Below are positions 54,501 to 64,000 of a stretch of DNA of 64,000 nucleotides, piece after piece (the first letter of the stretch is position 1; each line of letters opens with the position of its first letter). This DNA is from the human T2T-CHM13v2.0 reference genome, Homo sapiens, in assembly GCF_009914755.1 (NCBI RefSeq), contig NC_060927.1; one strand, written 5' to 3'. The notes under the pieces are model-generated. The model was not told the DNA's origin and searched no databases. It saw nothing but the letters and a program-made list of their open reading frames with translations. Made by a program: the position numbers and the translations under genes.

Positions 54501-57500
54501 TGGAATATAATGGAATGGAATGGAATATAGGAGAGTGGAGTGGACTGGGGTAGGCTGGATGGTAATTGAAAGGAATGGAATGAAATGGAATGGAACGGAG
54601 TGGAATGGAGTGGAGTGGAATGTAATGGAATGAAGTGGAATGGAATGGAGTGGAGTGGAGTGGAGTGGAATGTAATGGAATGAAGTGGAATGGAATGGAG
54701 TGGAGTGGAGTGGAGTGGTGAGAAACGAAATGGAATGGAATGGAGTGGAGGGGAGTGAAGTGGATTGGAAAAGAGTGGAATGTAGTGAAGTGAAGTGGAT
54801 TTGAAAGGAATGTAGTTGAGTTAAAGAGAATGCGGTGGAATGCAATGGAAAAGAATGGAATGGAATGAAAAGGAATGGAATGGAATGGAGTGAAGTGGAG
54901 TGGAATGGAACTGAGCGGAGTGGAATGGAATGGAATGGAATGGAATGGAATGGAAAGGAATGGAATGGAGGATAGTGGAGTGGAGTGGGGTCGAGTGGAA
55001 TGGAATTGAACGGAATGGAATGCAATTTAAAGGAATGGAAAGGAATAGAATTCTATGGAGTTGAGTGGAATGGAATGGACTGGAAACGATTGGAAAGGAA
55101 TGGAGTGGAGTGGAATGGCTTGGAATGGATTGGAATAGAATGGATTGGAATGGAGTGGAGTGGAATGGAATGGAGAGGAATGGATTGAAGTGGAGTGGAA
55201 TGCAATGGAGTGGAATGGAGAGGAGTGGAACGGAATGGATTGGATTCCTATGGAAAGGAATGAAATTGAATGCATTGGAGTGGAATGGAGAGGAATGGAG
55301 TGGAGTGCAAGGGAAAGCAGAGGAATGAAATTGAATGGAATGGAGTTGAGTGGAGTGGAATATATTGGAGTCGAATGGAGTTTAGTGGAGTGGAATGGAA
55401 TGGAGTTGAATGGAGTTGAATGGGATGGAATGGAATGGAATGGAATGGAATGGAATGGAATGGAATGCAGTCGAGTGGAGTTGGGTCGTGTGGATAGGAA
55501 TGGAATGGAATGAAATTGATAGGAATGGAATGGAATAGAATGGAAATAAGGGGAGTGGAGTGAAATGGAATGCAGTGGAATGGAGTGGAGAGAAACGGAA
55601 TGGAATGGAATGAGGTGGTGTGGAATGAAATGGAGTGGAATTGAGTAGAGTGGAATGGAATGGATTGGAGTGGAATGGAATGAAATGGAGTGGAATGGAA
55701 TAGAGTGCAATGGGATGAAAGGAATAGCGTTGAATGTATTGGAACGGAGTGTAGTTGAATGGAACACAATGGAATGAAATGAAATGAAATAGAAAGGAAT
55801 GGAACTAAGTGTAGTGGAGTGAAATGGAATTGAGTGGACTAGAATGGAATAAAATGGAATGGAATGCAATGGAATGGAGTGGAGTGGAGTGGAAGGGAAT
55901 GGACCGGAATGGAACAGAATGGAATGGAGTGGAATGGAATGGCATGGAATGGATTGGAATGGAATGGACTGGAATGAAATTGTGTGGAGTGGAGTGGAGT
56001 GGAGTGGATAGGGGTCGAGTGGATGGGAATGGAATTGAATGGAATGGATTGGAGCTTAAAGGAGTGGAATGGAGTGGAATGGAATGCAATGGAGTGGTGT
56101 GGATTGGAGTGCAAAGCAATGTAATGTAATGTAATGGAGAGGAGTGGTGTGGAGTGTAATGGAATGGAGAGTAGAGGAATGCAATGGAATGGAATGGAAT
56201 TCAATGGAATGGAATGGAATGGAACTCAATGGAATAGTATGGAATGGAGAGGAAGGGAGTTCAGTGGAAAGGAATGGAGTGGAATGAGTGGAGGGGAATG
56301 GAACGGAATGGAATGTAGTGCAGTGGAGTGGAATGGTGTGGAGTGGAGAGGAGTTGAATGGAAGGGAATGGAGAGGAGTGGAGTGGAGTGGAGAGGTGGG
56401 GAGTGGAATGGAAAGGAATGCAGTGGAATGTAGAGGTATGGAGTAAATTGGAATGGAATGTAGTGGAATGCATAGAAAGGAGTTGAATGAAATGGTGTGG
56501 AATAGAATGAAATGCAAAGAAATGGAATGGAATGGAGGGGGTAGACTGGAATGGAATAAAGTGAAGTGGAAGTTAATGGAATGGAATGGAGTGGAATGGA
56601 GAGGAGAGGAGTCGAGTGGAATGGAATAGAATGGAGTGGAGTGGAATGGAATGGAATTCAATGGAATGGATTGGATTGGAATGGAATGGAATGGAAAGCA
56701 ATGCAATGGAATGGAATGGAATGGAGTACAGTTCAATGGAATGCAACGGAATGGAATGGAATGGAATGGAATGGAATGGAATGGAATGGAATGGAATGGA
56801 GTGGATTGGAATGGAATGAATTGGAGTGGATTGGAATGGAATGGAGTGGAATGGTATGTATTGAAGTGGAATGGAACGGAATGGAATGGAGTGGAATAGA
56901 GTGGAGTGGAATGGAATGGAATAGAGTGGAGTGGAATGGAATGGAATTCATTGGAATGGAATGGAATGTTATGGAATGGTATGGAATGGAACAGAATGGA
57001 ATGGAATTTAGTGGTGTGGAGTGGAAAGCAAATGAGTGGAGTGCAATGGAATGGAATGGAATGGAATGGAATAGAGTGGAGTGGAATGTAATGGAGTGGA
57101 GTTTAGGGGTGTGTAATGGAGTGGAATTGAATGGAGAGCAATATAGTGGAATGCAATGGAGTGGAATGCAGTGGAGAAGAATGGAATGGACTGGTGTGGA
57201 GTGGAGTGGAATGTAACGAAGTGGAATGGAATGGAGTGGAATTGTATGGACTGGAGTGGAGTGGAGTGGAGTGGAATGGAACAGATTGGAATGGAATGGA
57301 ATGAAATTGAATGGAAAGGATTGGTGTGGAATGGAATGGAGTGGGATGGAATGGAGTAGAATGTAATGGAGTGGAGTGGTATAGAATGCAGTGGAACACA
57401 TTGGAGTGGAATCAAATGGAATGGAGTGGAATGGAATGGAATGGAGTGGAATGGAGGGCAATGGAACGGAGTGGAATGGAGAGGAGTGGAATGCAATTGA

Positions 57501-59911
57501 TTGGACTGAAGTTGAATGGAATGGAATGAAATGAAATGGAAGAGAGTGGAATGGAATGCAGTGAAGTTGAAAGGATTCGAATGGAGTGAAATAGAATGCA
57601 ATGTAAAGGAATGGAATGGAATGGAATGGAATGGAGTGGAATGGAATGGAGTGGAATGCAATGGAATGGAGTGGAGTGGAATGGAGCTGAGTGGAGTAGA
57701 GTGGAATGGAATGGAGAGGCGTGGAGTGGAGTGCGGTAGAGTTAGCTGTTATTTAATAGAATGGAATGGAACGGAACAGAGTGGAATGGAGTGGAGTGGA
57801 ACGCAATGTAATGGAGTGGAATGAAATGGAGTGGAGTGGAGTGGAGTGGAATGGAATGTTGTGGAATGGGATGGAATGGAGTGGAATGAAACGGAGTGGA
57901 GTTCAATGGAGTGGAGTGGAGAGAAACGGAATGGAATGAAATGCAGTGGAGGGGAGTGAATTTGAATGGAAAAGAGTGGAATGTGGTGGAGTGAACTGGA
58001 TTGGAATGGAATGTAGTGGAGTTGAATGGAATGGATTGGAATGCAATGGAAAGAAATGGAATGGAATGGAATGAAAAGGAATGGAATGGAAAGAAGTGCA
58101 GTGGAGTGGAATGGAATTGAGTGAAATGGAATGGAAAGGAATGGAATGGAGTGCAGTGGAGTGGAGTGGGGTCGAGTGGAATGGAATTGAACGGAATGGA
58201 ATGGAATTTAATGGAATGGAATGGAAAGGATTGGAATGGAATGGAACAGAATTCTATGGAGTGGAGTCGAATGGAATGGAAAGGAAAGGATTGGAATGGA
58301 AAGGAAAGGAATGGATTTGCCTGGAATGGTTTGGAATGGAATGCAGTGGAACGCATTGGAGTGGAATGGAATGGAGTGGAATGGATTGGAGTGGAGTCTA
58401 ATTCAATGGAGTGGAATGGAGTGGAATGGAATGGATTCCTGTGGAAAGAATATTAATGGAATGGATTGGAGTGGAATGGAGAAGAATGGCGTGGAGTGAA
58501 ATGGAATGGAGAGCAATGGAATTGAGTGGAATGGAGTTAAGTGCTGTGGAATAGATTAGAGTGCAATGGAGCTTAGGGGAGTGCAGTGGAATGGAGTGGA
58601 ATAGATTTGAATGTATTGGAATGAAATGGAATAGAAAGAAATGGAATGGAATGGAAAGAAATGGAATGGAATAGAATGGAATGCTATTGAGTGGAGTGGA
58701 GTTGGTTCGAGTGGATGGGGATGAAATGGAATGAAATGGATAGTAATAGAATAGAATAAAATGGAAATGAGGGGAGTGGAGTGAAATGGAACGCAGTCGA
58801 TTGGAGTGCAGTAGAATGGAATGGAATGGAATGACTTGGTGTGGAATGAAATGGAGTGGAATTGAATGGAGTGGAATGGAATGGATTGGAATGGACTGGA
58901 ATGGATTGAAGTGGAATGGAATAGAGTGGAATGTATTGGAACGGAGTGTATTGGAATGGAACGCAATGGAAAATGATGGAATGAAATAGAAAGGAATGGA
59001 ACTAAGTTTAGTGCATTGGAATGGAGTTGAGTGGATTGGAAAGGAATAAAAGGGAATGGAATGCAATGGAGTGGAGTGGAGTGGAGCGGAAGGGAATGGA
59101 ACGGAATGGAATGGAGTGGAATGGAATGGAGTGGAATGGAATGGCATGGAATGGATTGGAATTGAATGGAGTGGAATGGAATTGACTGGAATGGAATGGA
59201 GTGGAAAGCAATGGAGTGGAGTGGAACGGAGAGGGGTCGAGTAGATGGGAATAGAATGGAATGGAGTGGAGTGGAATAGAGTGGAATGGAGAGGAGTGGT
59301 GTGGAGTGTAATGGAATTGAGTAGAGAGAAATAGAATGGAATGGAATGGAATGCAATGGAATTCAATTGAATTCAATATAATGAAATAGAATGGAGAGGA
59401 TGGGAATTAACTAGAGTGGAATGGAGTGGAATGAGTGGAGTGGAATGGAATGGAATCGAATTAAGCGGGATGTAATGGAATAGAATGCATTGAAATGGAA
59501 TGGATAGGACGGGACTGGAATGGAATTGAGAGGAGAAAAGCAGAATTGAATGGCATTGAATGGAGTGGAATGCAGTGCATTGGGGTGGAGTGGAATGGAA
59601 CGGAATGGAGTGAAGTAGAATGGAACGGAATGCAATGGAATGCAATGGAATGGAATGGAATGGAATGGAATGGAATGGAATGGAATCCAGTGGAGTGGAA
59701 TGGAATAGAATGTAAAGGAATGGAATGGAATGGTGTGGAGTGGAATAGAATGGAAGGGAATGCAGTGGAACGGAATGGAATGCAATGGAATCGAATGGAG
59801 TGGGGTGGAGTGGAATGGAATTAAGTGGACTGGAATATAATGAAATGGAATGGAGTGGAGTGGAGTGGAGACTGGTCGAGTGGAATGGAATGGAATGGAG
59901 TGGAGTGTAAA

Positions 59912-61000
59912 GGAATGGAATTCCATGGAATGGAATTCCATGGAATGGAATTCCATGGAATGGAATGGAATGGAATGGAATGGAATGGAATTCCATGGAA
60001 TGGAATGGAATGGAATGGAATTCCATGGAATGGAATGGAATGGAATGGAATTCCATGGAATGGAATGGAATTCCATGGAATGGAATGGAATGGAATGGAA
60101 TTCCATGGAATGGAATGGAATGGAATGGAATTCCATGGAATGGAATGGAATGGAATGGAATTCCATGGAATGGAATGGAATGGAATGGAATTCCATGGAA
60201 TGGAATGGAATGGAATGGAATTCCATGGAATGGAATGGAATGGAATGGAAATCCATGGAATGGAATGGAATGGAATGGAATGGAATTCCATGGAATGGAA
60301 TGGAATGGAATGGAATGGAATGGAATGGAATGGAATTCCATGGAATGGAATGGAATGGAATGGAATTCCATGGAATGGAATGGAATGGAATGGAATTCCA
60401 TGGAATGGAATGGAATGGAATGGAATGGAATTCCATGGAATGGAATGGAATGGAATGGAATGGAATGGAATTCCATGGAATGGAATGGAATTCCATGGAA
60501 TGGAATGGAATGGAATGGAATGGAATGGAATGGAATGGAATTCCATGGAATGGAATGGAATGGAATGGAATGGAATGGAATTCCATGGAATGGAATGGAA
60601 TTCCATGGAATGGAATGGAATGGAATGGAATTCCATGGAATGGAATGGAATGGAATGGAATGGAATGGAATTCCATGGAATGGAATGGAATGGAATGGAA
60701 TTCCATGGAATGGAATGGAATGGAATGGAATGGAATTCCATGGAATGGAATGGAATGGAATGGAATGGAATGGAATGGAATTCCATGGAATGGAATGGAA
60801 TGGAATGGAATTCCATGGAATGGAATGGAATGGAATGGAATTCCATGGAATGGAATGGAATGGAATGGAATTCCATGGAATGGAATGGAATGGAATGGAA
60901 TGGAATGGAATTCCATGGAATGGAATGGAATGGAATGGAATTCCATGGAATGGAATGGAATGGAATGGAATTCCATGGAATGGAATGGAATGGAATGGAA
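59912..61000. repeat. Homogeneous compound minisatellite [TTCCA(TGGAA)2-9]x34, modal unit 30 bp TTCCA(TGGAA)5
   Basis: About 217 in-register pentamers, all TGGAA or TTCCA except one ATCCA at 60251. The first TTCCA is at 59921 and the last at 60971. Spacings are 15-50 bp, all multiples of 5, and 17 of 33 are 30 bp. There is no GGAGT and no CpG, and both boundaries with the diverged flanks are sharp. Confidence 0.97.
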
Positions 61001-64000
61001 ACGAATCAAATGGAACGAAAAGGAGAGAATGGAATGGAGTGAAGTGGAGTTGAATGGAATTGAGAGGAGTGGAATGGAATGGAATGAAATGGAGTGGAGT
61101 GGAATTAAGTGGTGTCAAGTGAAATGAAATATAACCGAATGGTATGGAATTTAATGGAATTGGATGGAATGGAATGGAATGGAAAGGAATAGAATGCTAT
61201 GGACTGGAGTGAAGTGGAGTGGAATGGACCCGAAAGGAATGGAATGGAATGAAGTGGAATGGAGTGGAATTGATTGGTGCGGAGCAGAAAGCAAAGGAGT
61301 GAAATGGAGAGGAATGGAATGGAAGGGAATAGATTCTTGAGGAATGGAATGAAATGGAATGGATTGGAGTAGAATGGAGTGTAATCGAGTGGAGTGCAAT
61401 GGAAAGGATTGGAATGGAATGGAGTGCAAAGGAGTTCAGTGGAGTGGCATAGATTGGAGTGGAATGGAGTTAATTGGAGTGGAATGGAATGGACTGTAAT
61501 GGAGTTGAATGGAGTGGAATGGAATGGAATGGAATGGAATGGAGTGGAGTGGAGTGCAATCGAGTGTATTGGAATGGAATAGAAGGGAATGGAGGGGAAT
61601 GGAGTGGAATAGAATGGAAATGAGGGGAGTGGAGTGAAATGAAATGGAGTGGAATAGAGTGGATTGGAAAGGAATGTAATGGAATAGTGTGTTGCGAAAT
61701 GAAATGGAGTGGAATGGAATGCAGTGGAATGGAATGGAGTGAAGTGGATTGGAACGGAATGGAGTGGAATTGAATAGATTAGAAAGGAGAGGAACGGAGT
61801 GTAGTGGAGTGGAACTGAATGGAATGGAATGGAATGAAAAGGGAAGGAATGGAATGCAGTGGAGTGGAGTGGAATGGAATTAACGGGAGTGGAATAAAAT
61901 GCAATGGAATGGAAAGCAATGGAGTGGAATGGAGTGGAGTGGAGTGGATGGGAATGGACCAGAATGGAACGGAAATGAATGGAGTGGAATGGAATGCAGA
62001 GGAAAGTAAAGGAATGGAATGGAGTGGAATAGAATGGAGACGAATGTAATGGAATGGAATGGAGTGGAATGGAATGGCGTGGAATGCAATGGAGTTGAAT
62101 GGAGTGGAGTGGAGTGGAGTGGGGTGGAGTGGATTGGAATGGAACGAAACGGAATGGAATGGATTGGAATGGAAACGATTGGAGTGGAATGGAATGGAAT
62201 GGAATGGAGTGGAATGGAATGGATTAGAATGGAATGGATTGGAATGGAGAGGAGGGCTGTGGAGTGGAATAGAATAAATTGGAGTGGAATGGAATGGAAT
62301 GGAATCGAGTGGAGAAGAATGGAGTGGAGTGGAATGCAATGGAATGGAGTGGACTGTAATGGATTGGAATGGAATGGAATGGAAGGGAGTTGAGGGTTGT
62401 GGAGTGGAATAGAATTTATTGGAATTGAATGGAACGGAACGGAATGGAAAGGATTGGAATGGAATGGAATAGAAGGGAGAGGAGTGGAAAGGAATGGTAT
62501 GGAGAGAAATGGAATGGAAGGGAATGGAATGGAACATATTGGAATGGAAAGGAATGGAATGGAATGGAATAGAATGGAATGGAAATGAATGGAATGGAAT
62601 GAAATGCAATAGAATGGAGTGTTAAAGAAGTGATTGAAGTGGAGGGGAACGGAGTGGAATGGAGTGGAATCAAGTGGAATGGAAAAGAATGGAACGGAGT
62701 TTAGTGGAATATTATGGAGTGGAATGGAATCGAGTGGAAAGGAAAGTAGTGGAGTCGAGTGGAACGGAATGGAGTTAAATGGAATAGAGTGCTATGGAAT
62801 GGAATGGTGTGTAGTGGAATGAAATGGAGTGGCATGGAATGGAGTGCAGTGGAATGGAGTGGAGTGCAATGGAATGGAATGCAATGGAATGGAATCGAAT
62901 GGAATGGAATGGGGTGGAGTGAAATTGAATGGAGAGGAATGGAAGGAGTGGAATGGAATGTAGTGTAAAGGTATGTGATGTAACAGTGGAGTGGAATGGA
63001 ATGGAATGGAATGGAATGGAGTGTTGTGCAATGGAATGGAATGGAGTGGAATGGAATGGAATGGAATGGAATGGAATGGAATGGAATGGAAAGGAATGGA
63101 GAGGAATGGAATGGAGAGGAATGGAATGCAATGGAGTGGAATGGAATGGAATCGAGTGGAGTGGAATGGAATGGAGTGGAGTGGAATAGAGTGGAATGGA
63201 ATGGAATGGAGTGCAGGGGATTGAAGTGGAGTACTTTGGAGTCGAATGGAGTCAAAGGTATTAAATGGAATGGAGTGGAGTGGAAGGGGGTGGAGTGGAA
63301 TGGAATGGAATGGAATGGGGTGCAGTGGAATGGAATGGAATTGAGTGGAGTAGAGTGGAGAGGATTGGAGATGAGTGGAGTGGAGTGGAAACGAGTGGAA
63401 TTGAGTACATTTGAATAGAATTAAATGGAATGTAATGGAGTGGAATGGAATGGAGTGGAATGGATTGTAGTGGACTAGAATTTAATAGAGTGGAATGGAT
63501 TGGAGAGAAGTGGAACAGAATGGAATGGAAAGGAATGGAATGGTGTGGAGTGCAATGGAATGGAGTGGAATGTAGTTGAGTTGAGTGGATTGGAATGGAA
63601 TATAGTGGAATTGAATGGTATGGAGTGGTGTATAATGAAAAGGAATAGAATGGAATGGAGTGGGGTTTAGTGGATTGAAATTGAGTGAAGTGGTATAGAA
63701 TGGAATGAAATGGAGTGGAATGCGGAGGCTTCGATTGGAATCGAATGGAAAAGAGAGGAATTGAATGGATTTGACTGGAATGGAGTGGAAAGAAGTGCAG
63801 TGGAATAGAATGAAGAGGAATGGAAAGGAGTGGAATGGATTGGGGTGGAGTGGAGTGGAATGGAGTGGAGAGGAACAGAATGGAATGGAATGGAATGGAG
63901 GGTTGTGGAATGGAATGCAGTGGAACGGAGTGGAGTGGAATGGAATGGAGTGGACTGGAATTGAGAGGAATGGATTGGAGTGGAGAGGAGTGAAATGGAA

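Larger units (their letters stand above)
32300..59900 (+). repeat. Multi-kb diverged higher-order-like repeat (about 4-5 copies, period 4.4-6.6 kb)
   Basis: Rare markers recur in the same order. GTGGATTTCAATGGAATGTAAT: 35585, 39968, 46578, 53141. GCAGAAGA follows about 185 bp later: 35771, 40154, 46765, 53323 (also 32556). CTGGAT(G/A)GTAA: 36639, 41450, 48102, 54555. GAT(T/C)CCT(G/A)TGGAAAG: 37344, 42153, 48805, 55243, 58434. ACTAAGT: 42654, 49321, 55804, 59001. TGCACTGGAATG: 33280, 38911, about 44157, 50781. Confidence 0.85.
1..64000 (+). repeat. Diverged pentameric satellite array, (GGAAT)n with frequent GGAGT monomers; Satellite III (HSat3)-type
   Basis: Every line is tandem GGAAT/GGAGT plus single-substitution variants (GCAAT, GTAAT, GAAAT, AGAAT, TGAAT, GGATT, GGAAC, CGAAT). 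The + strand is purine-rich and C-poor throughout, with no large inversion. GGAAT/ATTCC is the defining monomer of human Satellite III. Species, chromosome and subfamily cannot be fixed from the sequence alone. Confidence 0.95.

Noticed and set aside
59916-60980. Canonical heat-shock elements formed by the inverted pentamers
   Set aside because: An HSE needs GAA-nn-TTC-nn-GAA. Here the spacing is GAA-TTC-CATG-GAA (0 and 4 bases), which is one base out of register.
59912-61000. CRISPR-like array (palindromic repeat with regular spacing)
   Set aside because: The intervening sequence is just TGGAA repeats rather than unique spacers. There is no leader or cas gene, and the context is eukaryotic satellite.
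59912-61000. Mobile-element insertion or synthetic EcoRI/NcoI linker concatemer
   Set aside because: There are no terminal repeats, poly-A tail or recognisable target-site duplication. The block is in register with the host pentamer, spacing varies in 5-bp steps, and the same motif occurs at 12301, 12391 and 16237. An assembly artefact cannot be fully excluded without reads.
1-64000. Telomeric repeat, alpha satellite, or assignment to a specific chromosome such as DYZ1 or 9q12
   Set aside because: I saw no TTAGGG tract, no 171-bp monomer and no homogeneous 3.6 or 1.8 kb unit. Locus assignment requires alignment.

Overview
The whole 64 kb window is one uninterrupted, single-orientation pentameric satellite array. 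It is built on (GGAAT)n / (ATTCC)n with GGAGT as a very common second monomer, which matches human/great-ape Satellite III (HSat3)-type pericentromeric heterochromatin. I see no genes, RNA genes, transposons or CRISPR arrays; the listed ORFs are a by-product of the stop-free pentamer. The array is old and diverged but structured, with ~0.8 kb, ~1.5 kb, ~2 kb and ~5-6.6 kb duplicated blocks and several recent 30-90 bp tandem duplications. The standout is a nearly mutation-free ~1.09 kb block (59912-61000) made only of TGGAA and its exact reverse complement TTCCA. It has 34 inverted pentamers, most often 30 bp apart, each forming overlapping 12-bp palindromes with EcoRI and NcoI sites and a TTC-N4-GAA core. 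It looks like a young palindromic minisatellite born inside the old satellite, and isolated copies of the same motif occur at 12301, 12391 and 16237. Coordinates and counts were read by eye; all functional interpretations are inference.
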